This document shows positions 1-10,400 of a stretch of 64,000 bases of DNA, piece after piece. Positions within the stretch are counted from its first letter, which is position 1, and every line of letters begins with the position of its first letter. The position numbers and the translations under genes are program-made. This DNA is from an uncultured Gemmataceae bacterium. Lineage in GTDB: Bacteria; Planctomycetota; Planctomycetia; Gemmatales; Gemmataceae. The DNA lies in contig CAVVPN010000004.1 in the NCBI GenBank assembly GCA_963750165.1, positions 384,001 to 448,000 of the forward strand. Reading direction: 5' to 3'. The notes beneath the pieces are model-generated. The model was not told where the DNA came from and made no database searches. It saw nothing but the letters and a program-made list of their open reading frames with translations.

Positions 1-728
1 ACCCGCGGCCGCACGCCGATGGCCACCGCCAGCACCTCGCACGGCACCGTTTCGCCCGCCTGCGTCTCCACGGCCGTTATCCGGCCCTTCGCCCCCAATG
101 CCTGCTTGATCTGCGTCTGCGTATGAATGGTGACGCCCTCGTGCCGCAGCCGCTCCATGACGATCTGCGACTCGATTTCGTCAAGCACGTCCGCCCAGTA
201 GCGGGCGCCGCGCAGGAAGTAGTGGACCTTCATGCCGCGAGCGTTCAGGCCTTCGGCCAGTTCCAGCGCCGTGATGCCACCGCCGATGACCACCGCCGGC
301 CGGCCGCGCCGCGCCAGCTTCAGGATGTGACGGGTGTCGTCCAGTCCGTCCAGCTTGACCACACCCGCCAGGTCGCCGCCGGGGAACGGCGGCGTTACCG
401 CCAGCGCCCCCGTCGCCAGCAGCAACCGGTCGTAGCGCAGCCGCTGGCCGCCCACCGGGACCAACTCGTGCTCGTCGCAAAGCAGCCGCTCGACCCGGGC
501 ATGAATGCGCTTCAGGTTAAGGGCACGCAGGTCGTCGCCAGTGCGGATGGTCAGCTGCTTCTCGGGGAAGTCGCCACGCAACAAATAAGCCAGGCCGGGG
601 CGCGAGTAAAAGGCGTGCGGCTCCTCGCTGACCAGGGTGATGGTGGCGGCCGGCTCGCGGGCGCGGAGTGCCTCCGCCGCGGCCAGGCCGGCGATGCCCG
701 AACCCACGATCACGCACTGCGGCGGCAT
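1..728 (-). CDS. NAD(P)/FAD-dependent pyridine nucleotide-disulphide oxidoreductase (NirB/rubredoxin-reductase-like); 3' end runs off the window
   Basis: Not in the ORF track. Hand translation from ATG 728 gives MPPQCVIVGSGIAGLAAAEALR (FAD GxGxxG), YDRLLLATGA and VVIGGGITALELAEGL (NAD motif). Confidence 0.85.
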   Translation of the reverse strand, partial: MPPQCVIVGSGIAGLAAAEALRAREPAATITLVSEEPHAFYSRPGLAYLLRGDFPEKQLTIRTGDDLRALNLKRIHARVERLLCDEHELVPVGGQRLRYDRLLLATGALAVTPPFPGGDLAGVVKLDGLDDTRHILKLARRGRPAVVIGGGITALELAEGLNARGMKVHYFLRGARYWADVLDEIESQIVMERLRHEGVTIHTQTQIKQALGAKGRITAVETQAGETVPCEVLAVAIGVRPR

Positions 729-730
729 CC

Positions 731-1111
731 TCAGCCCTTCCCGCTGAACAGGGGGATGCGCTCGAAGCGCAGCACGCCGCGCGGGCAGCGGCGGACGCAC
801 TCGCTGCAGGTCAGACAATGGCTGTCCTGAATGGATTGGCCGCGCCAGGCGTGGCCGCGCACGTCGATGCCCATCGGGCAGTTGTACGAGCACATGCCGC
901 ACTGCACACAGTTGGCCGCCTCCGGCACGACCATCGCCGTGGAGAGCACTTCATGACGCGAGTCGAAGTCACAGGCCGGCCGCACCGGGCCAGGCGAACC
1001 GGGGCCGGGCGTCGGGCGAAACGAACGGCCGCACGCCGGGCAGGACTCGGTCTGGTCCTGCGGCATCAGGAAGACGTTACAGTGCGGACAACGCTGCCAG
1101 GCGGCGGACAT
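731..1111 (-). CDS. 2x[4Fe-4S] ferredoxin-domain protein with N-terminal zinc-ribbon-like CxxC...CxxC
   Basis: CVQCGMCSYNCP and CLTCSECVRRCP, plus N-terminal CPHC and CPAC. Its stop lies 2 nt before the oxidoreductase start. Confidence 0.85.
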   Translation of the reverse strand: MSAAWQRCPHCNVFLMPQDQTESCPACGRSFRPTPGPGSPGPVRPACDFDSRHEVLSTAMVVPEAANCVQCGMCSYNCPMGIDVRGHAWRGQSIQDSHCLTCSECVRRCPRGVLRFERIPLFSGKG

Positions 1112-1146
1112 GGGACCTCGCTCTTCCGGTTTGCCCTGAGATGGGA

Positions 1147-1587
1147 TCAGTTGTCGCGCTCTCGGCCCTTCTTCTTCTTGACGGTGGCGTCCCAGGATTG
1201 ATTCCCCTTCTTCGTCACCTTGCCGGCGCCGGTCAACTCGACGACGCTTTTGCTGCCATCCATGCCAACGACCTCAACGCGGAAGCCGATCACCGGCCGC
1301 TCGGTGCGCTCGGCCCGGGTGGTGTAGCCGCCCTTGACGCTCTTCTCGGCGATGGTGACGGCCTCGGCCATCGAGAGCACGCGGTACGTTGGCGACGGCG
1401 GTTCCTTGGCGGTCGGCTCCGGCGGCTTGACCGCCTGGGACGGTTTGGCCGGGTCAGTCGGGGGAGCGGTTTTGAAGGGCTCGATCTGGGCGTCGCCGCT
1501 GGCGTCGCCCGCGCTCAAGCCGACGACCAGGCCGATCACCACGATGGCGACGCCACAGGCGTAGAGCAGGCTGCGGTAGAGGTTCAT
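1147..1587 (-). CDS. Exported/membrane-anchored protein with PepSY-like domain
   Basis: N-terminal hydrophobic helix, Pro-rich linker, then LSMAEAVTIAEKSVKGG...FRVEVVGMDG (PepSY-like pattern). Start placed at MNLYRS. Confidence 0.6.
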   Translation of the reverse strand: MNLYRSLLYACGVAIVVIGLVVGLSAGDASGDAQIEPFKTAPPTDPAKPSQAVKPPEPTAKEPPSPTYRVLSMAEAVTIAEKSVKGGYTTRAERTERPVIGFRVEVVGMDGSKSVVELTGAGKVTKKGNQSWDATVKKKKGRERDN

Positions 1588-1792
1588 GACAGGCCCTTGT
1601 GCAAGACCCACTTTTCGGGGGCGTGGGGATGTAGATGTTGATTATACCGCGGCGGAGTGAAAACGCCATGAATCGAAGATAAAGTCGAATTCATCTTCCG
1701 CCACGGGCCTGGCACCGACCATGACCGCGGCGAACCGCCGCGCATAAGATGATAGCGCATCCTTCTCGCCCGCAACCCAAAGGAGTCCACCC

Positions 1793-3196
1793 ATGCGACG
1801 CGCAGTGCTCGGCTTGTTGGGGCTGCTGGCGCTGGCCGCGCCGGCGCCGGCCCACTTTCCGTGGGTCATCCCCTCGGCAGACGGCAAGACGGTCAAGGTC
1901 GTCTTCAGCGACACGCTGGCGCCGGACAAGAACGTGTCGATCACCAAACTCGACGCCCTGAAGTTGTACGCCTGGGGCGCGAAGGACAGGGACGGCGTGC
2001 AGCTGGCCCGGGTCGTGAACAAGGACGAGGGTTACCTGTTCACCCACGTGCCGGCCGGCAAGCCGTTCGTCGGCGGCGTGTGCCACTACGGCGTCGTCGC
2101 CAAGGGCAAGGCCGACCCGTTCCTGCTGGTGTACCACGTCCAGGCCATCGCGGACGCCCACCCCAGCCCGATCCCGCCGAGCTTCCCGGTGGTGAAGGGG
2201 CAGGCGCTGCGGATCGACCCGCTGCCCACGCGCGGCGCCGGCAAGCCGCACGTCGCCGGCTTCACCGTGCTCTTCAACGGTAAGCCGCTGCCGGACGCCG
2301 AGGTCGCGGTGCTGGCGCCCGGTGCTGACAAGGACGCCGAGGGCAAGACCGACAAGGACGGCTTCTTCTCGTACCACGTCGATCACGTCAAGCAGCCCGG
2401 CCTGTACGGGGTCCGCGCCCGGCATGTCCTGATGAAAGCGGGCAAGGAGGGCGACAAGGAATACAAGGAAATCCGCCATAACGCCACGCTGGTCTTCCGC
2501 GCCGCGCCGGCCCAGGGCAAGGGGGATGACGGCGACAAGAAGGCCAAGCTGCAGCCCAGCCCCGCGGCGACGAAGTTGCTGGCCGACGCCCGCGCCGCCC
2601 GGGCCAACTGGCGCAACTTCCCCGGCTTCACCGCCGACCTGGCCGTCAACGTCGATGGCAAGGTCCACAAGGGCACGGTTGAAGTGAGCGACAGCGGCAA
2701 GGTCAAGCTGACGCTCGCGGACGAGCCGGTACAGAAGTGGGCGCTGCGCCAGCTGCAGTCGCTGGTGAATCACCGCCTGGACGACAGCGCCGGACTGCAA
2801 ACACCGTGCGCCTTCGCGGACGACGACACGCACCACCCGCTGGGCCGCAAAATCCGCGTGCTCAACGATGAACTGCATTCCAGCTACCGCATCCGCGACC
2901 GGCAAGTCATCGAGGTGAACCGGCACACAGGGCCGAGCCGCTTCACGATCATTGTGCTGGAGAACCGCGTCAACGCCGAGAAGCAGTTTCTGCCGAGCTG
3001 CTACGTCGTCAACACCTGGGACAACAAGACGGGGGCACTGCTGAATGCGCAGGCGTTCCATCAGACGTGGGTGCGCGTCGGCAGCTTCGACCTGCCGGCG
3101 CGCGAGACGATCGTCAACGCGGGCGGTAGCGGCCTCGGAGCGCGGACGATCACGTTGACGCATCACAAGCTGCTGAGCGCCGCTGCCCAGCGCTAG
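1793..3196 (+). CDS. Secreted DUF4198-like + DUF3386-like fusion protein
   Basis: Signal peptide ending APA-HFPW. VLFNGKPLPDAEV...GKTDKDG is DUF4198-like. ARAARANWRNFPGFTADL...SSYRIRD..I.EVNR is DUF3386-like. AAGGAG RBS upstream. Confidence 0.75.
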   Translation: MRRAVLGLLGLLALAAPAPAHFPWVIPSADGKTVKVVFSDTLAPDKNVSITKLDALKLYAWGAKDRDGVQLARVVNKDEGYLFTHVPAGKPFVGGVCHYGVVAKGKADPFLLVYHVQAIADAHPSPIPPSFPVVKGQALRIDPLPTRGAGKPHVAGFTVLFNGKPLPDAEVAVLAPGADKDAEGKTDKDGFFSYHVDHVKQPGLYGVRARHVLMKAGKEGDKEYKEIRHNATLVFRAAPAQGKGDDGDKKAKLQPSPAATKLLADARAARANWRNFPGFTADLAVNVDGKVHKGTVEVSDSGKVKLTLADEPVQKWALRQLQSLVNHRLDDSAGLQTPCAFADDDTHHPLGRKIRVLNDELHSSYRIRDRQVIEVNRHTGPSRFTIIVLENRVNAEKQFLPSCYVVNTWDNKTGALLNAQAFHQTWVRVGSFDLPARETIVNAGGSGLGARTITLTHHKLLSAAAQR

Positions 3197-3300
3197 CGTC
3201 GTCAGGTTTCAAGGCCCCGTTTACGTTTCGCGCGGAGGGAGTCTGCACGAAACGTGAACGGGACCCTTTCGTAGTGCGGGCGGCCCGCCTGCACAGGTCT

Positions 3301-3383
3301 GGAGAAGGGTCGGGAGAAGGGGTCGGGAGTCGATTCATACAATTTATAAGATTCGTATGAATCGACTCCCGACCCCTTTTCTC
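3301..3383. repeat. REP-like inverted repeat between convergent genes
   Basis: Arms AAGGGGTCGGGAGTCGATTCATAC (3317-3340) and GTATGAATCGACTCCCGACCCCTT (3355-3378), AT-rich loop, partial tandem copy of the left arm at 3301-3313. Confidence 0.8.
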
Positions 3384-3391
3384 GCGCCGCG

Positions 3392-4239
3392 TCAGCGGGA
3401 CCGGGCTGACTCGCGCTCCCGGGCGAGTTCGCGGCCAGTGGTAATTTCCAGGAAACTCAAGTCCCGGTAGAGGAAGGTGGCGTCGCCGCCGGGCACCTGG
3501 TCGAGCAGCAGCCGCAACAACGTGCCGACAGTCACCTGTCGCGGCGCGGACGGGAGTTGGACGGGGAGGCCGTAAACATCCAACCGCCGGAACGATTTCT
3601 TGAACGCCTCCCCATCTACCAGGATTGCCAGTTCGATTTTCCGAGCGGCCAGTTGCTCGTAGAGCCGGCCCAGGGCGTCTTTCATGGTCCGGGTGCCGCG
3701 GAAGTCGCGCAGGTTCACCGGCTCATGAAACACCGCCCGGCCCTTGCGAACCGTCGCAACCTTCCGCGCGGCCTCTTCCCCACCAGCTGCGCGTCCTTTC
3801 GGACCGTGGTGATTTCGATGTAGGACGGTCGGAACGCCAGCGTGGCGTTGCGCGACGGTATCTGCTCGAGGAGCAGTTTCAGGAACTCCCGGACGCTAAC
3901 CCGCCGCGGGGTGGACGGGATTCGGACGGGAATCTCGTAAATATCCAGACGCCGCGATTCCTCCCGAAACGCTTCCTGATCCACCAGCATGGCCAGTTCA
4001 ACGCCCCGTGCCGACAACTGTTCGTAAAGTTGTTCCAGGGCTTGCTTCAAGGTGAGCGGTCCCCGGAAAGTGTTCAGGTGGACCGACTCGTGCAACATTC
4101 TGCGGAGTTGACGGAGTTCCCTTGTGGTGGGGATTAATCGCTCTCTCGGGTCGCGGATTTGCGCCGACACCGCGGCAGGTCCGCCGGCCAGACAGAGCAG
4201 CACGAGCAGCGTGCGGAAAAGGTCATTGCGGGTCGTCAT
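3392..4239 (-). CDS. Secreted protein with two tandem homologous ~105-aa domains (secretin N-domain/STN-like); one gene split by a frameshift at ~3780
   Basis: ORFs 3715-4239 and 3392-3733 align (ALEQLYEQLSARGVELAMLVD..IEITT vs ALGRLYEQLAARKIELAILVD..LEITT). Adding one base to the C4 run at 3778-3781 joins them (LVGEEAARKV). Signal peptide present. Confidence 0.6.
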
Positions 4240-4305
4240 CGGGTGTTCTCCTGCGCGTCAGCGGTACGGCGAAGCACCGGCGGGCTGACGCCGCGCCGCT
4301 CGTCT

Positions 4306-6165
4306 TCATGTCGCCGGCCGGTCCGCGTGGCCGTCTGGCCCGGCGCCGTCGGGCGGCGGCATCGGCTCGGCCGGCAGTTCCACCTGTGTCGCGACCTGGC
4401 GGTCCACGCGCGTCACCGGCGTCGGCGGCGCCGCGGCGTACAGCCGCAGATCGACGCGCTGCGCCTTGGACAGGTCGATGCGCTCGTTCGACAGGTCGAA
4501 CTCCAACCGCGGCTCCTCGCTCAGGTGGAGCGGCAGCCGCACCGTGAACGTGCTGCCGCGGCCCAGTTCGCTTTGCAGCGTCACGTCGCCGCCCAGCAGT
4601 TTCGACAGCTCGCGGACAATCGACAGGCCCAGGCCGGTGCCGGTGTGCTCGCGCGTCAGCGGGTTGCCCGACTGGCGGAACTTTTCAAAGATTAGCTCCT
4701 GCTCCTCCGTGGCGATGCCGACGCCCGTGTCCGAGACCGTCAACACCAGGAAGCCGCCCTCCGCCTCCGCCTTGAGCAGCACTCTGCCGCCCTCCGGTGT
4801 GAACTTGATCGCGTTGGACAGCAGGTTTTGCAGGATCTGCTGCAGCTTGGTCACGTCCTGGCGCAGCACCGGCACGCCCGGGTCAATTTGGCCGCGCAAA
4901 TCGATGTTTTTCTTCTCCGCCATCGCCCGGAACATGTTCAGCAAACCCTCACACACATCGTGAATGCTGAACTCTTCCAGGCGCACCTGCATCTTGCCCG
5001 CCTCGATCCTGGCCAGGTCCAAAATATCATTGATGAGATTTAACAACGTCTCACCGCTCGACTTGATGTTGCGCACCCAGCGCAGTTGTTTCTCGGTCAA
5101 ATTGTTGCGCGAAAGTAACACGTCACTGAAGCCCAAAATACTATTGAGGGGCGTGCGCAACTCATGACTCATGGTCGCCAGGAAGTCACTCTTGAGGCGG
5201 TTGGACTCGTACAGAGCCATGTTCGCCTGGGCCAGTTCGTCGAGCTTGCGATCGAGGTCGGCGTTCACCTTGCGCCACTGGTCCTGCATGCTCACGAGAT
5301 TGCGCAGCATACGGTTGAAGGCGTGGCTCAAATCTTCAAACTCGTCGCCGGTCTGGATCTCACTGCGGACGTTGAGTTCGCCGGCGGAGATGGCGTCGCT
5401 GACCTCTTTCAGATGTTTCACCGGCTTGACGATGACGTAGCGCACAATCACGTAGCTGCCGAACATGATGAGCAGGGCGGTCACGAAAGCGGTGGCCATG
5501 AGCACGGCGCGGTTGAGGTGGACGGCGTCCTCGATCGCCTTGGTCGGCATGCGAATGTGGACGATGGCCATCAGGTCGTTTTCGGCCAGGTTCGGGTGGT
5601 TCTTGTTGTGGTGGCACTCCATGCACTTCTTGTGGGCGCGGATGGCTCCGTAGTAGTGCAGCACCGGCTCGCCGGCGCGGACGCGCGTCGCCTCGTTGCG
5701 GGGCGGGTCGGAGGTCTGAAACTCCTTGAACAACTCACGCTCGAAACTGTCCTCGTGCTTGTTGGGCAGGATGGGCTCGTCGTATTGTAGATCGAGCTTT
5801 TTCATGGCCAGAAAGTCGGACTCGGCCTGCGCCTGTTTGGCCTTTTCCCAGAACCGCCGGCTCGCCTCCAGGACCGCCTGCTGCTGTTCGCGTGACAGTG
5901 GCTCCTCATCGGCCTGCTTCAGCGCCTGCGTCAACAACTCCTGTTCGCGGGCCAGGAGTTTCTCCTTGTGGAACTTGTTAAAAATGGGCTCGACGAGGAC
6001 GCGGCAGGTGGTGGTGGTCTGGTCGTAGGCGAGGTGCTCGGTCTGGTAGGCGTACAGCCAGAAACTGGCGGTGATGAGCACGAGGATGCCGGCACCGAAC
6101 AGGAAGCGACACTTGCGCTCCAGGCTCGTCTCGCCCAGCAGGCGTTTGAAGGCACGGTAGGACAT
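4306..6165 (-). CDS. Membrane sensor histidine kinase with periplasmic c-type haem motif (DUF3365-like), HAMP, HisKA, HATPase
   Basis: Two TM helices, CMECH, HAMP (VKPVKHL...GDEFEDL), H-box MSHELRTPLN, N-box NLLSNAIKFT, G-boxes DTGVG and GTGLGL. Start placed at MSYRAF. Confidence 0.92.
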   Translation of the reverse strand: MSYRAFKRLLGETSLERKCRFLFGAGILVLITASFWLYAYQTEHLAYDQTTTTCRVLVEPIFNKFHKEKLLAREQELLTQALKQADEEPLSREQQQAVLEASRRFWEKAKQAQAESDFLAMKKLDLQYDEPILPNKHEDSFERELFKEFQTSDPPRNEATRVRAGEPVLHYYGAIRAHKKCMECHHNKNHPNLAENDLMAIVHIRMPTKAIEDAVHLNRAVLMATAFVTALLIMFGSYVIVRYVIVKPVKHLKEVSDAISAGELNVRSEIQTGDEFEDLSHAFNRMLRNLVSMQDQWRKVNADLDRKLDELAQANMALYESNRLKSDFLATMSHELRTPLNSILGFSDVLLSRNNLTEKQLRWVRNIKSSGETLLNLINDILDLARIEAGKMQVRLEEFSIHDVCEGLLNMFRAMAEKKNIDLRGQIDPGVPVLRQDVTKLQQILQNLLSNAIKFTPEGGRVLLKAEAEGGFLVLTVSDTGVGIATEEQELIFEKFRQSGNPLTREHTGTGLGLSIVRELSKLLGGDVTLQSELGRGSTFTVRLPLHLSEEPRLEFDLSNERIDLSKAQRVDLRLYAAAPPTPVTRVDRQVATQVELPAEPMPPPDGAGPDGHADRPAT

Positions 6166-6188
6166 GCGGCCCCCCTGGTTTGCGCCCG

Positions 6189-6250
6189 GCGAGCGGGGTC
6201 GCGTCAGCGCCCCGTGAGGTCGCACGGGGCGCTGACGCGACCCCGCTCGC
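6189..6250. repeat. REP-like GC-rich hairpin
   Basis: GCGAGCGGGGTCGCGTCAGCGCCCCGTG - loop - CACGGGGCGCTGACGCGACCCCGCTCGC, perfect arms. A decayed relative lies near 4280-4302. Confidence 0.85.
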
Positions 6251-6255
6251 TGACA

Positions 6256-7080
6256 TCACCCCTTCTGACACTTCGGGCAGTAATGCGTCGAGCGCCCCGC
6301 CAGGCGGATGCGCGTGATCGGCGTTTTGCAGCGCGGGCACGGCTGGCCAGCGCGGCCGTAGACCTTGAACTCTTTTTGATAGCCGCCCTGCTTCCCGGAG
6401 CCGCCGACGTAATCGCGGATGGTCGAACCGCGGTGCGCGATGGCCCGGTTCAACACGGCGATGATGGCGTCGCGCAGCCGCCGCGCCTCCGCGGCCGTCA
6501 CGTCCTTGCCGGGCTTCGTCGGCGGCAGTTTCGCCTCGAACAGCGCCTCGTCGGCGTAGATGTTGCCAACGCCAGCCACCACGCGCTGATCGAGCAGCAC
6601 GGCTTTCAGGTTGCGTGCAGTCGTGCGCAGGCGACCACGGAGGTACGGCGCGTCGAGGTTGAACGGCTCCGGGCCGAGCCCGGATTGATCAAAAAACTGG
6701 GCAAGCTTCTCCCTGGACGTGAAGAGCGTGGCACTGCCGAAGCGGCGGACATCGCGGAAGCGCAACTGGTCCTTCGGCCCACTCAGATCAATGACCAGGT
6801 GCGTGTGCGGCAGCCGCGGCGCGGCGGCGGATACCACGGTCAGCTGGCCGGTCATGCCCAGATGAACCACCAGGAACAACTCGCCGTCGAGGCCGAGGCA
6901 AATCCATTTGCCGCGGCGCTCGACAAAGTGCAGGCGCCGGCCTTCGAGAGCCGCGGTCCACTCCGGCGCCCAGGGGCGGCGCAGGGCCAGTTCGCCGCGC
7001 TCCACCTTGAGCAACTTGCGGTTGACCAGTCGTGGGCGCAGCTCGCGCACCACTGTTTCGACTTCCGGCAATTCTGGCAC
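6256..7080 (-). CDS. mutM: Formamidopyrimidine-DNA glycosylase (Fpg)
   Basis: N-terminal PELPEVE, RRGK, HLGMTG, GVGNIYADE, C-terminal zinc finger CPRC...RSTHYCPKCQ. Confidence 0.97.
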   Translation of the reverse strand: MPELPEVETVVRELRPRLVNRKLLKVERGELALRRPWAPEWTAALEGRRLHFVERRGKWICLGLDGELFLVVHLGMTGQLTVVSAAAPRLPHTHLVIDLSGPKDQLRFRDVRRFGSATLFTSREKLAQFFDQSGLGPEPFNLDAPYLRGRLRTTARNLKAVLLDQRVVAGVGNIYADEALFEAKLPPTKPGKDVTAAEARRLRDAIIAVLNRAIAHRGSTIRDYVGGSGKQGGYQKEFKVYGRAGQPCPRCKTPITRIRLAGRSTHYCPKCQKG

Positions 7081-7099
7081 CCTTGAGACTCCCGATTGC

Positions 7100-7480
7100 T
7101 TACGCCTCGCCCTGGTCGGACGGCAGCGGGTTGTGGGCGAACACCAGATCCTGGAGCAGGCGGCCTTCCTGGAGATGTTGGCGGACCAGTTCGGGCACGC
7201 GCTCAGCGGTCATGCCGTGATACCACGTCCCCTCGGGGTAAACGACAGCCGTCGGCCCCTGGCTGCAGACGCGCAGACAGCCAACCTTGGTGCGGTAGCA
7301 GGCGTGCTCGCCGCTGGTCAGGCCCTCGTCCTTCAGCGTCTTTTTCAGCACTTCCCACGCCCGCAGGCCCTCCTCGGGCGTGCAGCAGTTCGGGCCGGTA
7401 CACAGGAAGACGTGCCGGTGATAGGCGCCGATGCCGAGCTTCGCGGCGATGGTTTGCAGGTCCTGTTTCTCCGTCGTCAT
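7100..7480 (-). CDS. Thioredoxin-like [2Fe-2S] ferredoxin
   Basis: HVFLCTGPNCC...GCLRVCSQGPTAVVYPEGTWY motif. Confidence 0.9.
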   Translation of the reverse strand: MTTEKQDLQTIAAKLGIGAYHRHVFLCTGPNCCTPEEGLRAWEVLKKTLKDEGLTSGEHACYRTKVGCLRVCSQGPTAVVYPEGTWYHGMTAERVPELVRQHLQEGRLLQDLVFAHNPLPSDQGEA

Positions 7481-7494
7481 GGGTCACCTCGGCC

Positions 7495-10400
7495 TCACGT
7501 TTTTCGCAGCGCCACGCGCACCCGGCGGGCGACTTCCGCGAACACCAGCACCGACGCCGTGCCCGCCGCGATCAGTATCCACTGTACCACACTCAGCGGC
7601 TGCACCTTGAACACGTCGCCGCCGAACGTCACGATCAGCACCTGGCCGACCGCCACCGCGCTGGCGATTATCAGGAACGTGGGGTTGCCCAGCAGCCCAC
7701 TGAAGCCGCTCATGTCCGCCGTCAGCGATCGGCTGTTGATCTGGTTCCACACCTGGAAGAACACATAAATCGAGAAAAAGATGCTCACCTGTAACACTGT
7801 GTATGCAACCTCCACCTCCTGCCGGCTGTCGTCGTGGGCCCAGAACCAGTGGCCGCCCTCGGCCTTCAACTCCGACGCCGGCGCCGCCCTGCGCGTGCCC
7901 TCCGCCTCCACCGACCAGGCGTCGTCCCGGTGCGCGAACCAGCCGGGGCTGTCCGGACTGCCCTTCATGCCCAGCAGCAGCGCCAGCATCACCACCACGA
8001 AGAACGCCGCGGTCACGCCGATGGTGCGCAACATGCCCGGCGTCAAAATGTTCTCGTCGCGCTTCTTCGGCGGGTAGTGCATCACGTCCGGCCGCGGCGG
8101 CTCCGAGCACAGCGCGATCGACGCAAACGTGTCCATGATGACGTTGATCCACAACAATTGCAGCACCGTGAACGGCGCCTTCACCTGGAACAGCAGGATG
8201 CCCAAAAACGTGATCGTCAGGGCGCTGACGTTGATGGTCAGCTGGAACTGAATGAACCGCTGGATGTTCTCGTACAGCGACCGGCCCCACTGTACCGCCT
8301 TGACGATGGTGGCGAACGAGTCGTCCAGCAGCACGATCTTGCTCGCCTCCTTGCTGACCTCCGTGCCGGCAATGCCCATCGCCAACCCCACGTCCGCCTT
8401 CTTCAGTGCCGGGGCGTCGTTGGTGCCGTCGCCGGTGACCGCCACGACCTCGCCCAGTTCCTGCAACAATTTGACCATGCGGAACTTGTCCAGCGGCCGC
8501 GCCCGGGCGACGATGCGCAGGTGCGGCAGCCGCTGTTTTAGCTGCTCGTCGGTCAGCTGGTTGAAGGCGTCGCTGGTCAGGATGGTTGCGTCCGCGGTGT
8601 TGATGGCGGCGTCGCGCGCCGGCACCAGGCCGATCTCGTAGCCGATGGCCCGCGCGGTTTCGACATTGTCGCCGGTAATCATTTTCACTTCAATGCCAGC
8701 CCGCCGGCACTGCTCCACCGCATCCTTCACGTCCTCGCGCAGCGGGTCGCGGATCGCCACGAAACCCACGAACACCAGGTTGTGCTCCAGCGCTTCACGG
8801 ATCGCGTGCAGCGCGTCCTCGGTCGCCGCTGTCTCCGCCGGCAGAATGGCGTAGCCGAAGCCGAGCGTGCGCATCGCCTGCGCCGCCGAATCGCGCAACT
8901 GCTCCTGGACCCGTGCCCGGTCGGCCACGGTTAATGACCGCGTTTCGCCGTTCAGGCCCTGGATGGACGCGCACTGCTCCAGCACCCATTCCGGCGCCCC
9001 CTTCACCAGCACCACTAACCGGCCGCCGTAGCGCACCACCGTCGTCATGCGCTTGCGCTCGGACGAGAAGTGGATCTGATACAACGGCTCGAACTGCAAC
9101 CGCAGTTTGCCGTACTCGGTGCCCGCCGCGCGCAGCCACTGCAACAGCGCGCCCTCCGTCGAGTTGCCGACCGTGACCGTCTTGCCCTCCTTTTCCTCCA
9201 GGTTTGCGGTCGAGTTCACCGCTCCGATCAGCGCCAGCCAGTCAATCGGCTGGCCGTCGCGCGGCCACGGGGCGTGCGGGTCCGGCTGCACCCACGCCGG
9301 CGTGCCGCGGTCGAACGTCTGGCCGTCGATGCACAGTCGGTCCACCTGCATCTTGTTCTGCGTCAGCGTGCCGGTCTTGTCCGAGCAAATCACCGTCGCC
9401 GAGCCGATGGTTTCGCACGCCACCAGCTGCCGCACCAGCGAGTTGGCTCGCGTCATCTTCTGCATCGCCAGCGCCAGCGACACCGTGACGCTCATCGGCA
9501 GGCCCTCCGGCACCGCCACCACGATGATGATGACCATCGTCACGAAATAGCCCAGCAGTTCGCCGAAGACGCGCAGCGCCTGCTCGGCCACGTCGCCCGG
9601 CTGCGAGCCCGGCCAGAAGATTTCGCCGACCATGATGCCGCGGACCAGCTGGGCCAGGAAGATCAGCACCGCCGCGAGGTAGCCGACCTTGCTGATGAGG
9701 TCCGCCAGATTCGTCAGCTTCAGCTGCAGCGGCGTCAGTTCCTTGGAGATCGTCAACTTGTGCTTGACGCGCTTCTCCTGCGAACTAGCTGGGGCGGCCC
9801 CCTCCGGCGCCTCGGCCTCCTCGTCCTCGTCGGTGGACAGGCGGCGGGCGATCTGGCCCAGGTACGTCGCGTCGCCGACCTCCGCGACCATCATCAACCC
9901 AACGCCGTCCACCACCTGGGTGCCGCGATACAGACAGCCGGGCTGTTCGGGGCCGTCGGCGGTATCGTCGGCGGGCCGCGGCTGCTTGCGCACCGGCTCG
10001 GACTCGCCTGTCATCAGCGATTGATCGACGAACAGCTCCGTCGCCTTGAGCAGCCGGCCGTCCGCGGGGATTTCGTCGCCGGTCTCCAGCAGCACGGTGT
10101 CGCCGACCACCACGCCGTCGAGCGGGACAGTTTGCACGTCGCCGTCGCGGATCACCTTGGAACGCAGCGCGTCCTTTTTGGCGTTCAGTACCTCGAATTC
10201 GCGGTCGCTCTTGTACTCACTGGCGAAGGCGACGCCGGTGGCCAGGATGACCGCGACCATGACGGCCAGGCCCTCCACCAGCACATGGCCGGTCGTCAGG
10301 CCAAGGATGAACAGCACGATGGCACCGCCAAAGAGAATGGTCGGAATCCACCGCGCCTGCCGGAGCACGTAGGCAGCGATCACCGCGACGAGGACGAGGC

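Noticed and set aside
123..830. Plus-strand 235-aa ORF
   Set aside because: Antisense shadow of the minus-strand oxidoreductase.
6166..6225. ORF-track N-terminal extensions (histidine kinase to 6225; also starts at 23525, 43995, 43642, 42947, 36790)
   Set aside because: They run through REP or intergenic DNA, or overlap neighbours. Downstream starts fit the family N-termini better.
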